Shown: piece after piece, positions 19,232-28,602 of the stretch | Position numbering within the stretch: position 1 is the first letter of the stretch | How the letters are laid out: the number at the start of each line of letters is the position of its first letter | From: an uncultured Acidobacteriota bacterium | GTDB taxonomy: Bacteria; Acidobacteriota; Thermoanaerobaculia; UBA5066; Gp7-AA6 | Reading direction: 5' to 3' | DNA length: 64,000 bases | Assembly: GCA_963764715.1 (NCBI GenBank) | Contig: CAVXTP010000012.1 | Location: forward strand, 32,001 to 96,000 | Notes under the pieces: model-generated | What the model was told of the DNA's origin: nothing | The model's input: only the letters and a program-made list of their open reading frames with translations | Database searches by the model: none | Made by a program: the position numbers and the translations under genes

Positions 19232-20923
19232 TCAGCGCCCCTGCTCCTTGTCCCGCCTCACCGTGACCTTGTTCCCCCGGATCCCCGTCGCCCGCAGCGC
19301 GCCGATGACCCTCTCGGCCGCCTCCTCCGGCACCTCGACGAGCGAGAACCGCTCGGAGATCTGGATCGAGCCGACGTCGCGCGGTCGCAGCTTCGCGACC
19401 TTCACGATCGCGCCCACGAGGTCCCCCGGCTTCACGCCCTCGCCCCGTCCCGCGCCGATGAAGATCCGCGTGTTCCCCTCCGCCGCCTTCCGCGGCGCCC
19501 ACTTCTTCCCCTTGACGTCGCCTCGGGGGCCACCCGGCCCGCTCGGCCCGCGCGGAGCCGGCGGCGCCGCCATCGACGGAATCTCGTGCTCGTCGTCCGG
19601 CACCGCCCCGGCCTCCCCCTCCGCCATCTTCACCGCCGCCGCCGCGATATCCAGCGGATCGAACTCCTCCGCCAGCGACTCGACGACCACGCGGTAGCCA
19701 TCGAACTTCCCCGCCAGCAGCGCCTCGCGCAACGACGCCTTCGTCAGCTCCAGCCGCTTCGCCCGCAGGTCCGCCACCGTCGGGACGCTGCCGATCTCGA
19801 TCTTCTGCTTCGTCGCCCGCTCGATGTTCTTCAGCATCCAGTGCTCGCGCGGCTCGGCGAGCGTGATCGCCACCCCCTCGCGCCCCGCCCGCCCCGTCCG
19901 GCCGATCCGGTGGACGTAGACGTCCGGCGAGGACGGGACGTCGTAGTTGACGACGTGCGACAGGTGCCCGATGTCGAGCCCCCGCGCCGCCACGTCCGTC
20001 GCCACGACGAGCTCGAGTGTCCCGGAGCGCAGCTTCTTCATCACCCGGTCCCGCTCCGTCTGCGAGATCCCCCCGTGGAGCGACTCGACCCGCAGCCCGC
20101 GCGACTTCAACGCCTCCGTCAGATCGTCCACCTCCAGCCGCGTCCGGCAGAACACCAGCGCCGCCGTCGGCGACTCGATGTCGAGCACCCTTCCCAGCGC
20201 CGCCCGCTTGTGCCCCCGCGCGACGACGTAGGCCGTCTGCCGCACCTTCGGCATCTTCCCCGCCGCCGTCGTCTCCCGCGCGATCGAGATCCGCAGCGGG
20301 TTCTTCATGTGCTTGCCCGCGATCGACACGATCCGCGGCGGCAGCGTCGCCGAGAAGAGCGCCGTCTGCCGCTCCGCCGGCGTCGCCGCCAGGATCGCCT
20401 CCAGGTCCTCCGCGAACCCCATGTCCAGCATCTCGTCCGCCTCGTCGAGCACGAGCGTGCGGACCCCCTCGAGCTTCAGCGACTTCCGGTTCACGTGATC
20501 GAGCGCCCGCCCCGGCGTCGCCACGACCACGTCGACCCCCCGGTGCAGCGCCCGAAGCTGCGAGTCCATCGACGCTCCCCCGTACACCGGCAGCACCCGC
20601 ACCCCGATCGTCTTCCCGTACCGATGCACCGCCTCCGCCAGCTGCATCGCCAGCTCCCGCGTCGGAACCAGGATCAGCGCGACCGGACCCGCGCCCTTCG
20701 TCGGCTCAACCGCGATCGCGTGCAGGATCGGCAGCGCGAACGCGGCCGTCTTCCCCGTCCCCGTCGCAGCCTGCGCCAGCACGTCCCGCCCCTCGAGAAG
20801 CGGCGGGATCGCCTCCTGCTGGATGGGCGTCGGCTCTTCGTAGCCGAGAGCCGTCAGGGCGGTGAGGAGGCGCGGGTCGAGGGAGAGGGAGGCGAAGGCG
20901 GGGGGTGGAGGGGTTGTCGGCAT
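19232..20923 (-). CDS. deaD: DEAD-box RNA helicase with C-terminal DbpA-type RNA-binding domain
   Basis: Q motif, ATGTGKT, PTRELA, DEAD, SAT, ARGLD, HRIGRTGRAG; C-terminal G...GVKPGDLVGAI. Confidence 0.88.
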   Translation of the reverse strand: MPTTPPPPAFASLSLDPRLLTALTALGYEEPTPIQQEAIPPLLEGRDVLAQAATGTGKTAAFALPILHAIAVEPTKGAGPVALILVPTRELAMQLAEAVHRYGKTIGVRVLPVYGGASMDSQLRALHRGVDVVVATPGRALDHVNRKSLKLEGVRTLVLDEADEMLDMGFAEDLEAILAATPAERQTALFSATLPPRIVSIAGKHMKNPLRISIARETTAAGKMPKVRQTAYVVARGHKRAALGRVLDIESPTAALVFCRTRLEVDDLTEALKSRGLRVESLHGGISQTERDRVMKKLRSGTLELVVATDVAARGLDIGHLSHVVNYDVPSSPDVYVHRIGRTGRAGREGVAITLAEPREHWMLKNIERATKQKIEIGSVPTVADLRAKRLELTKASLREALLAGKFDGYRVVVESLAEEFDPLDIAAAAVKMAEGEAGAVPDDEHEIPSMAAPPAPRGPSGPGGPRGDVKGKKWAPRKAAEGNTRIFIGAGRGEGVKPGDLVGAIVKVAKLRPRDVGSIQISERFSLVEVPEEAAERVIGALRATGIRGNKVTVRRDKEQGR

Positions 20924-21004
20924 GGGTGCATTCTGACTGACGACGGCGAGCCGCGCTAACGACGCGCGACTGGGGCGCCAGTCGTGAGACCGGGTTACAG
21001 CCGA

Positions 21005-21946
21005 CTAGCCCCGAAACACCTCAGAGTTGTGCCAAGACAGGTACATCGCGTCGGGATGCTCGGATTGCACTCCGGGCACGGCTATCGGCTGGCCATCGAG
21101 GGGGTAGTAGCTTCTGCCGTTAGAGTAGTCCGCACGCAGACGCTTACTCACCTGAAATCGGTGATCCGGCGACACCGTTACGTAGCCCAGGTCGAACAAC
21201 CGGTGGATGTCGCTCCGCAGAAGCAGTCCGTTGTTCACCTCATGCGTCCCCTTGTCTGAATACGGTCGAATATGAGCAGCCTCCAGCGCCGGAAGCGAGT
21301 GCTCACCGGTAACAGCGCAGCTTCGTGAATAGGCGTCGATCACAGCCAATCGAAATGTCCCCTGACCAAGTCGGGGCCGTACGAGGATCGGAGCGCCATA
21401 TCGGACAGCGAAAGGGTCGACTACAGGAGGCGCGTCGTGCACTTGGGACCCTCTCTTCACCACCGATTCCTCATACACGCGCCGACCCTCCCCCTGCGAT
21501 AGGTCGTAGTACTCGCCTCGAACGTTCTGCCGGGCCCAATCCGCAGGTTGCCTAACCCAATCCTCCTCCGAGAAGAACACCGGCTGACTGATCATCAGAC
21601 AACCAACTTCTTGATCCCCCTTCGAAGTCGACACAGTGCGAGGTTGGTACTTCTCGATCCGAGCCAGGAAAGCGTCGAAACTCGCAGCGCCGTTCGCCTC
21701 GCCAAAGGACTCCCACGCTAGCCAGGCCGGTACGGTCGAAGAGCGGGCGAAGTACCCGTAGCCCGCAATGGCGTAGTAGGGCTTCTTGAGCTTGAAGAAA
21801 AAGGGAGCTCCTGGCTTGATACGCCGCAACATCTGAGCCGCCGACGGGAACCAGAAATTGACCTCGTCTAACTCTCGCGCGCGCAAGAACTGATACCACT
21901 CGAAATCCGTGTTCGCGACGTATCCCTCGAGGATCTCAGTCGTCAT
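21005..21946 (-). CDS. HNH endonuclease (putative restriction endonuclease)
   Basis: RLGQGTFR...CAVTG...LEAAHIRP...NGLLLRSDIHRLFD; ATGA overlap with upstream helicase. Confidence 0.9.
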   Translation of the reverse strand: MTTEILEGYVANTDFEWYQFLRARELDEVNFWFPSAAQMLRRIKPGAPFFFKLKKPYYAIAGYGYFARSSTVPAWLAWESFGEANGAASFDAFLARIEKYQPRTVSTSKGDQEVGCLMISQPVFFSEEDWVRQPADWARQNVRGEYYDLSQGEGRRVYEESVVKRGSQVHDAPPVVDPFAVRYGAPILVRPRLGQGTFRLAVIDAYSRSCAVTGEHSLPALEAAHIRPYSDKGTHEVNNGLLLRSDIHRLFDLGYVTVSPDHRFQVSKRLRADYSNGRSYYPLDGQPIAVPGVQSEHPDAMYLSWHNSEVFRG

Positions 21947-24900
21947 CCAGCCGCTACCTTTGCGTCGCGGAAGAAGTCAGCCGGCATGGGATAGCGGAGT
22001 CGCCAGGTGATCGCGATCGGCCGTTCTCCCTCGTGTGATACATGCTCCGCCGGGCCGAGGAACATGTACGGCATGGTCCGCCCTCCCCGATCTGCTCGTT
22101 CCCTAACGAAGAGGAGGATTGGGATCCCTTGCTCGGCGTGATGGATCAGGCGCTGACCGGTCGGCGACTCCTGGGTAGTTGTGCTTTGGGATTCCCAGTG
22201 AAACAGCTCCGGCGAAATCGCGTAGTCGCGATAGAGCGTCGTCGGAGAGTAGTGCTTGGCGGTTTTCTGCAGAGTAACGAAGAAGGAGTAGGACTCGGTC
22301 GGCTTGTCGCGATAAACGCCTTCGCGGAAGTGAGGCTCTTGACCAACCTTCAAGCTACCAAAGACCGCAAGGGCAGCGTTCTGGCCGTACCGGCAATATA
22401 GCGACAGCGGAATCGAATGGTTCCATCCAATGGCACGGTCGAGCGGAATCGGCAGGTGGCGGGCGCCGACCTCGAGTACCCCAAGCAACTCGACGAGCTC
22501 GGCCCGAATTGCATCATTTGCCCACAGCTTCGTGAGCGACTCCTGAAGGGTGGACGCCGAGCTCGAAGCACCCCAAAGGTCGAAGTGGCAGGCGGTCAGG
22601 ATTCGGCGTTCCCGCTCAGGCATGGACGCCACGACGGGAGGATCGGTCGCACACGCGATTCTCGTCAGCAGCTCGATCCACTCCGGGTCCTCCAGGTCCA
22701 CCAGCCGCCGAAGGCCCCTCGCCAGGGTCATCTCGTCCGGTCCGACCGCCGGCGTTGGCAGGCCCACGTCCCTGCGAAGCCTCGACCAAGACCAGCTCGA
22801 GCTGCGATACAGATCCTCCAGGCTAACGTCGGCCTCCCGTAGGAACTCCGCCAGGGTCACGTCTCGACCGAGCGATCGGAGCTCCGTGGCGAGACTCTTG
22901 AGGTTGGACCCAATCGCCTGCTTGACGTTGTCCAAGACGATACGAGTGGCCACGGGGTCCAGCTGGATCGAGCAACCCGCCGGGAGCAGGGGGAACCCCT
23001 GCTCAATCTGCCGCTTGATCTCCGACCGGGATGCTCCCGTCAGCGCCCGGTAGCGCTGATCGAAGCGGAATCGGCCCGACGCCAGGCCAATAAAATCCAG
23101 CACCGTCAGACAGTCCTTCTCGTCCGTCCGCCGCAGGCCGCGCCCAAGCTGCTGCAGGAAAACCGTCGCGCTCTCCGTCGGCCGCAGGAACAGGACCGTA
23201 TCGATCTCCGGGACGTCCACGCCCTCGTTGAACAGGTCGACAGCAAAGACCACGTTGACCTCGCGCGCCCGGAGCCGACGCAGGGCCTGCTCGCGGTCCT
23301 CGGCTGATGAGTCCGACGACACCGCCACCGCCGGGACCCCGAACTCGTTGAACTTGCGCGCCATGAACTCCGCGTGGGCGATCGAGACGCAGAAGCCGAG
23401 GGCCCGCATGTACCTCACATCTTGGACCTTCTTGCGTAATTCCTCGATGACGAGGCGAACTCGGAAGTCGTTGGCGGTGTACAGATTCTCGAGCTCGCCC
23501 GTGTCGTAGCCCCGCCGAGACCAGCGCAGGCCCGATAGGTCCGTATCATCGTGAATCCCGAAGTACTGGAACGGACAGAGGAGGTTGCGCTCGAGCGCCT
23601 CCCAGATTCGGATCTCCGCAGCGATCTGCCCGTCGAAACGATCCAGCACCGATTGGCCGTCCGCTCGCTCTGGCGTCGCCGTCAGACCCAGCAGCTCCTT
23701 CGGCCGGATGTGGTCGAGAAGGCGCTGGTAGGTGCTGGCAGCGGCGTGGTGGAACTCGTCCACCACCACGACGTCAAAGGCCTCCGGCGGCATCTGGTCG
23801 AGGACGTCCTGGTGGAGGGACTGGATCGATGCGAATACGTGTTGGTTTCGCTCCGGGCGCTCCCCATCGACGTAGAGCTCCCCAAAGGCGCCGTCGCGGA
23901 GCACGTGGCGAAACTTCGAGAGGCTCTGAGTCAGGATCTCCTTGCGATGAGCGACGTAGAGGAGGCGGAGCGGTCCGCCCGCCGCCCTGAGCCGCTTGTA
24001 GTCGAAGGCGGCCACGAGAGTCTTCCCGGTTCCGGTCGCCGCGACCACGAGGTTGCGATGCCGCCCGTGCCTTCGCCTTTCAACGTCGAGGCTCTCGAGG
24101 ATCTCCGTCTGGTGCGGGTAGGGTGTCAGGTCGAGCGAGACAAACGGGATCTCCTCCCCTTCTGACCGCCGAACGGCTGCGTCGAACCGATCCCGGTCAC
24201 GAACCGGGTCGAACGACTCGAACCCCGGGTCCGCCCAGTAGCTTTCGAAGTTCGCCTGAAACTTCGCGAGAATGTCTCCGGCGTCCGCCTGCGAGAGGCG
24301 GACATTCCACTCCTTGCCGTCGATCATCGCGGAGTGCGAGAGGTTCGACGAGCCGATGTAGGCCGTCGAGAAGCCCGAGTCGCGGTGGAACATCCAGGCC
24401 TTCGCGTGCAGGCGAGTCGTCTGCGTGTCATAGCTGACCTTCACCTCAGCCCCAAGCTCAACGAGCAAGTCCAGCGCACGGCGCTCGGTCGAACCGGTGT
24501 AGGTCGTCGTCAGGACGCGGAGCGGCCGGCCCTGCTCTCGCAACCGACGGATGGCTCCTTCCAAGATCCGTAGGCCGTTCCAGCGCACGAAGGCGCAGAT
24601 CAAGTCGACGCGGTCCGCCGAGGCGAACTCGCGGGCCAGGACGTGGCCGAGGCTCGGCTCACCTCGGGCGTTGATCAGGAGGTCGGACACCGAGAGCGGA
24701 ATCACAGGTCGCTCGGGAACGGACGAACCCCCGGTGAACGACGCCTCGCGACGAACAAGAGCGAGCAGGGTTTCCGCAGGGCTCGTCAGGTGGTCGGCGC
24801 GGGCAGAGGCGGCCGCGTCAGGCCCAAGATCACCGTCGATCAGCTCCATCAGCCGGTTGCACAGGGCCGCCTGCCGATCCACCTTGCCCTCTTCTGGCAA

Positions 24901-25074
24901 GTCCTTCAGCGCTCGCTGCAGGACGCCGCGAAGGTGACGAACGAACGCCACGTGAGAATCGGCTGGATCCAGCTCACCCTTGAGAACCTCGAATTCGGAC
25001 GAGTCCGAATCGCGCAGCTCCTGGGCGAGTGCGTTCGTGATGAGGCTGTCGTAGAGGCCCGCTGGACGCTTCAT
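21943..25074 (-). CDS. PLD nuclease-SF2 helicase-DUF3427 protein (SauUSI-like type IV restriction enzyme)
   Basis: RLHAKAW...YIGSSNLS; AATGTGKT; DEFHH; TATPER; QQLGRGLR; C-terminal YRDYAISPELFHWESQS. Confidence 0.88.
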   Translation of the reverse strand: MKRPAGLYDSLITNALAQELRDSDSSEFEVLKGELDPADSHVAFVRHLRGVLQRALKDLPEEGKVDRQAALCNRLMELIDGDLGPDAAASARADHLTSPAETLLALVRREASFTGGSSVPERPVIPLSVSDLLINARGEPSLGHVLAREFASADRVDLICAFVRWNGLRILEGAIRRLREQGRPLRVLTTTYTGSTERRALDLLVELGAEVKVSYDTQTTRLHAKAWMFHRDSGFSTAYIGSSNLSHSAMIDGKEWNVRLSQADAGDILAKFQANFESYWADPGFESFDPVRDRDRFDAAVRRSEGEEIPFVSLDLTPYPHQTEILESLDVERRRHGRHRNLVVAATGTGKTLVAAFDYKRLRAAGGPLRLLYVAHRKEILTQSLSKFRHVLRDGAFGELYVDGERPERNQHVFASIQSLHQDVLDQMPPEAFDVVVVDEFHHAAASTYQRLLDHIRPKELLGLTATPERADGQSVLDRFDGQIAAEIRIWEALERNLLCPFQYFGIHDDTDLSGLRWSRRGYDTGELENLYTANDFRVRLVIEELRKKVQDVRYMRALGFCVSIAHAEFMARKFNEFGVPAVAVSSDSSAEDREQALRRLRAREVNVVFAVDLFNEGVDVPEIDTVLFLRPTESATVFLQQLGRGLRRTDEKDCLTVLDFIGLASGRFRFDQRYRALTGASRSEIKRQIEQGFPLLPAGCSIQLDPVATRIVLDNVKQAIGSNLKSLATELRSLGRDVTLAEFLREADVSLEDLYRSSSWSWSRLRRDVGLPTPAVGPDEMTLARGLRRLVDLEDPEWIELLTRIACATDPPVVASMPERERRILTACHFDLWGASSSASTLQESLTKLWANDAIRAELVELLGVLEVGARHLPIPLDRAIGWNHSIPLSLYCRYGQNAALAVFGSLKVGQEPHFREGVYRDKPTESYSFFVTLQKTAKHYSPTTLYRDYAISPELFHWESQSTTTQESPTGQRLIHHAEQGIPILLFVRERADRGGRTMPYMFLGPAEHVSHEGERPIAITWRLRYPMPADFFRDAKVAAG

Positions 25075-25154
25075 CGGATGCTGACGTTGCGTCACAGCAT
25101 GCCACAGCCAACACACAGGGCCTCAACGAGAATCTCCGGCTCGCCGGGCAGTGA

Positions 25155-25706
25155 TTGGTCGATAATCCGCAACCGGAGGTTCGAGTGCTCACACGCGTAG
25201 CCCGGCAACTCCTGCCCTGCTTTCTAGTGCTCGCCTTGGGTGGTCAAACCCGAGCCGATGCTCAAGTTACCGCCAAGCAAGGCGAAAAGGATCCGACCGA
25301 GTTCTCCGGTTCGATGATCCTCCAGGCGCCGTTCCCTCCGGCGCTCCCGGGCAGCAAGGTCGGCGATTGGTACACCACGCCGGACTTCACCCGAATGCGG
25401 CTCTATCGCTGCGATCGCGTCATCATCACCTTGTTCCAATTCAAGGTCGGCAGCGCGCAGAAGGGAACGATTCCAATCAAGGCACGTGTCTGGCTCCACA
25501 ACCCGAACGGCAATCACGACAAGAACGTCGACCTGGTTCTTGAAGTCATGAACGGCGAGCAAAAGGTCACCGAGGCGCGCCGCAGCATCAAGGTCGAGGA
25601 GAGCGATGTCGTGAAGCGGGACATCGATCTGCCCCTGCCGGCGGGTAGCCTGGTCGCCGACCCGCCTACGCAGCTCAAGATCACGCTTCGGACGAGGGAC
25701 GTGTAG
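25155..25706 (+). CDS. Hypothetical secreted beta-sandwich-like protein (start uncertain)
   Basis: Hydrophobic signal-like segment, alternating beta-strand pattern. Confidence 0.65.
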   Translation: MVDNPQPEVRVLTRVARQLLPCFLVLALGGQTRADAQVTAKQGEKDPTEFSGSMILQAPFPPALPGSKVGDWYTTPDFTRMRLYRCDRVIITLFQFKVGSAQKGTIPIKARVWLHNPNGNHDKNVDLVLEVMNGEQKVTEARRSIKVEESDVVKRDIDLPLPAGSLVADPPTQLKITLRTRDV

Positions 25707-25724
25707 ACCCCCGGGACACTTGCC

Positions 25725-26315
25725 TCAGCTCGGCCGTCCGCAGCCGGTCTCGAGAAACGGGCTGCGCCATTGGTCGATCTCGAAGGGCGCCACGAGAAGG
25801 CGTGCGAGGTACCAGAACTTCTGGCTGTCCTCCCCTTCCCTCGCGATGGCGAAGGCAGCGTGGATGAGGCGTTCGCCGACGACCGCCTGGTGGATCCAGA
25901 GGCCGAGACCGTACCGGTACGCGTTGTTGCGGAACGCGTGGAAGCGCTGCTTGCCGTGAAGATCCAGGCGGCCCGTATCCGAGAAGATCTCGGCCAGGGG
26001 CGCGGAATAGCGGCCCCGGCGCATCAGCCTCCGCAGGATCAGGCCCCTCGCGCCGGTGACCGTGTTGCGCTCCTCGGAGACACCGAGGGCGGTCACGTCG
26101 CCGTCGTCGTCCAGAGGCTCGTGGAGGGCGGCCTCGATCTCGGCGAGCACGCGGGTCGAGCGTTGGGCGAAGGCGGTCACTTCGAGAGAGCGGTCGGTCA
26201 TGCCCGGCGGAGGGCACTCCAGCGTGTGCATGTCCTTCGCGACGCCGGAAGGGATGGGGCGGAAGTCGAATGTGACGTCCTTGCCGGACGGCTGGTGGTG
26301 TTCGTCTGGACTCAT
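25725..26315 (-). CDS. Hypothetical protein
   Basis: GGGGAGAG upstream of ATG 26315; GC3-biased codons; no family recognised. Confidence 0.55.
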   Translation of the reverse strand: MSPDEHHQPSGKDVTFDFRPIPSGVAKDMHTLECPPPGMTDRSLEVTAFAQRSTRVLAEIEAALHEPLDDDGDVTALGVSEERNTVTGARGLILRRLMRRGRYSAPLAEIFSDTGRLDLHGKQRFHAFRNNAYRYGLGLWIHQAVVGERLIHAAFAIAREGEDSQKFWYLARLLVAPFEIDQWRSPFLETGCGRPS

Positions 26316-26494
26316 CGGTGGATGTCTCTCCCCTGACCGAGCATCTCGTTGCGGGGCGACAGTTGACGTCCGAGTCACCGAGCAGCCTGTCTGACGCACC
26401 CGTCGGCCGGTCAGCCCCGCTTACGCCCGATCCCCGCCGGACGCCATCTGTCCGCCCTCCTCGCCCACCATTGCTCCCATAGGGGAGCGCCGAA

Positions 26495-26749
26495 ATGAAC
26501 GATGCGGTCGGCGAGGGTGAATCGCGCATGGACGACGAGACCTTCTGGGCGAAGTACCTGGCCGACGGACGGCCGTTCCGCGAGATCGTGCAGGACCCGG
26601 GGATCTACTTCACGCCGGAGCGGGGGTGGGTGTTGCCCGAGGCGCCGCCGGGCTATGACTGGGTTCCTGAGAACGGCGGGATCCAGAGCGGCGGCCAGCC
26701 GAATCTGCGGCTCTGGCCGAAGGGGTGCTACCCGCCGAGCGGGGAGTGA
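26495..26749 (+). CDS. Small hypothetical protein
   Basis: GGGGAG RBS; Trp/Pro-rich protein-like composition. Confidence 0.5.
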   Translation: MNDAVGEGESRMDDETFWAKYLADGRPFREIVQDPGIYFTPERGWVLPEAPPGYDWVPENGGIQSGGQPNLRLWPKGCYPPSGE

Positions 26750-26763
26750 GGGGTCCCCTCCTT

Positions 26764-27162
26764 TTACGACCGGCGCCGGCGCCGCCGATCGAAATCTCTC
26801 GGCCCCTTGCTCGGGCCGTAGGCCGCGGGCGTCTCGCGGACTTCCGTTGCTTCGACGGGCCGCGCCGACCGCAGGGGCATGACCCGCGCGAGGATGGCCT
26901 TCTCGAGGTCGCGCCGGGCGATCCTCAGGTCGTACTCGGACTGAAGGGCGAGCCACAGCTCCGCCGTCGTTCCCAGAAATCGACCGAGGCGCAGGGCGGT
27001 ATCGGCCGTTACCCCTCGCCGGCCCCGAACGATCTCGGAGACGCGCGTTACCGGGACGTGGATCGCCCTGGCGACAGCGTTCGCCGACAGGCCGAGCGGC
27101 CGCATGAACTCCTCCTCGAGGATCTCGCCGGGATGGATGGGATCGAGCCGTGCTTTCTTCAT
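26764..27162 (-). CDS. higA: HigA family antitoxin
   Basis: PIHPGEILEEEFMRPLGLS...TADTALRL.RF.GT..ELWL.LQ..YDL. Confidence 0.92.
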   Translation of the reverse strand: MKKARLDPIHPGEILEEEFMRPLGLSANAVARAIHVPVTRVSEIVRGRRGVTADTALRLGRFLGTTAELWLALQSEYDLRIARRDLEKAILARVMPLRSARPVEATEVRETPAAYGPSKGPRDFDRRRRRRS

Positions 27163-27449
27163 CGTTTCTCCCCGTGGTAGTCGACGATCTCGACGTCGAA
27201 GGCGTCGTTTCCGCTCCATACGAAGCAGATCCGCCACTGATCGTTGATGCGGATGCTGTGCTGACCCTGCCGGCGGCCCTCCAGAGCCTCGAGATGATTG
27301 CCTGGCGGCACGCGGAGATCCTGAATCGAGGTTGCGCTGTTCAACAGCAGGAGCTTCCTGCGGGCCGTGCGCTCGAAGGCGCGGTAGCGAGGCACAACGT
27401 GGTCGTGGAACAGGTCCTCCGTGGCTCTGGTACGGAAGGTACGAATCAC
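27159..27449 (-). CDS. higB: HigB (RelE-like) toxin
   Basis: IRTFR...DLRVPPGNHLEALEG.R.GQHSIRINDQWRICFVW...VEIVDYH; toxin-first gene order. Confidence 0.92.
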   Translation of the reverse strand: MIRTFRTRATEDLFHDHVVPRYRAFERTARRKLLLLNSATSIQDLRVPPGNHLEALEGRRQGQHSIRINDQWRICFVWSGNDAFDVEIVDYHGEKR

Positions 27450-27484
27450 CGTCGGATTGTACCGATTAACGGGAACCGGCACAA
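27450..27484 (-). promoter_or_regulatory. Leaderless sigma70-type promoter of higBA
   Basis: TTGTGC-17-TACAAT-6nt-GTG. Confidence 0.65.
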
Positions 27485-27593
27485 CGCGATCGGAGGCCCG
27501 AGGTACTCTGCAGTCTGTCTGCTTCCAAGGGGCGACTTGGGAGTGCGGAGCGCCTATGCGGCGGCGGGCAACGGACCGAGCTAGAGCAACTGC

Positions 27594-27681
27594 GGGCGGC
27601 CACGGTCCGCCCACCGAAGGCAAGCCCCCAGCGGTAGGAGGCGCCGTCCGCAGGACGGCGACAACCCAGGGCCGCCCCTAC
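27594..27681 (-). repeat. REP with nested ~59-nt hairpin element
   Basis: Host stem gggcggc/gccgccc encloses an insert shared with 32253 and 36817. Confidence 0.85.
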
Positions 27682-27691
27682 GACCGGGGAC

Positions 27692-27868
27692 CCGGAGCAA
27701 TGAAGGTCGTTCCCACGGAACGGCGGTCCGGAGCGATGAAGATGGGTTCAACGCGACGGCGTCCGGAGCGATGAAGGTGGGTTCAAGGGGGCGGGGTCCG
27801 GGGCGATGAAGATGCTTCCAAGAAGACGGTGGCCCGGACGACCGGGGCGTTCCAGGAAACGCTGACCC
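27692..27868 (+). repeat. Degenerate 35-36-bp tandem repeat (4-5 units)
   Basis: ccggagcgatgaag-like cores at 27692, 27728, 27763, 27798; eroded copy at 27834. Confidence 0.75.
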
Positions 27869-27880
27869 GAGGAGGTATCG

Positions 27881-28477
27881 ATGAAGCAATCCAAGATACC
27901 CGACGCATCCGCCCACCGCTACGGCAAGGCCCTCGCCTACGCAGCCGAGAAGCACGCCGGCCAGAAGCGCAAGGGAACTCGGATCCCCTACATCTCCCAC
28001 CCGCTGGCGGTGGCGAGCCTGGTGCTCGAGGCCGGCGGCGGCGAGGACGAGGTGATCGCGGCGCTGCTGCACGACGTGGCGGAGGATCACGGCGGGCAGG
28101 AGGCGCTCGACGAGATCCGGGCGAAGTTCGGGATGGGGGTGGCCGCGATCGTCGAGGGCTGCACGGACACGCTCGAAAGCCCGAAGCCGAAGTGGCGGCC
28201 GCGCAAGGAGGCCTACGTCGAGAACCTGCGGGGGGCGCACCGATCCGTGCGGATCGTGGCGACGGCCGACAAGCTCCACAACGCGCAGACGATCCTGCGG
28301 GACTACCGCAGCGAGGGCGAGAGGGTCTGGAAGCGGTTCAAGGCGTCGAAGGAGGACGTGCTCTGGTACTACGGCGCCGTCACGCGCGCGCTCGAGGCGC
28401 GGGGGTCGAGCCCGCTCGTCGAAGAGCTCGACCGGGTGGTCGGGGAGATCATGCGGGAGGCGCGGGGGAAGGGCTAG
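27881..28477 (+). CDS. HD-domain small alarmone hydrolase-like (Mesh1/SpoT-HD) protein
   Basis: H.GQ.RKG...PYISHP, ALLHDVAED, ADKLHN; GGAGGT RBS. Confidence 0.88.
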   Translation: MKQSKIPDASAHRYGKALAYAAEKHAGQKRKGTRIPYISHPLAVASLVLEAGGGEDEVIAALLHDVAEDHGGQEALDEIRAKFGMGVAAIVEGCTDTLESPKPKWRPRKEAYVENLRGAHRSVRIVATADKLHNAQTILRDYRSEGERVWKRFKASKEDVLWYYGAVTRALEARGSSPLVEELDRVVGEIMREARGKG

Positions 28478-28575
28478 GGACGAAGAGGGCAGCGGCAAAC
28501 TCCGCCCCCACGACCGGAGCCGGCCTGTGAGTTGAATCATCCGGTAGACGGCGGGTCGCGTCCGGGGCTGCCGAT

Positions 28576-28602
28576 CGAAATCAGCAAATCAGGACTGACC
28601 CC
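28576..28602 (-). repeat. 27-bp GGGGTCAG-type repeat unit
   Basis: Reverse complement reads ggggtcagtcctgatttgctgatttcg. Confidence 0.8.

Noticed and set aside
17196-28602. Tn3-family transposon (GGGG-starting inverted repeats)
   Set aside because: The match is only 27 bp, there is no 5-bp target duplication and no tnpA/tnpR; kept only as an inverted-repeat observation
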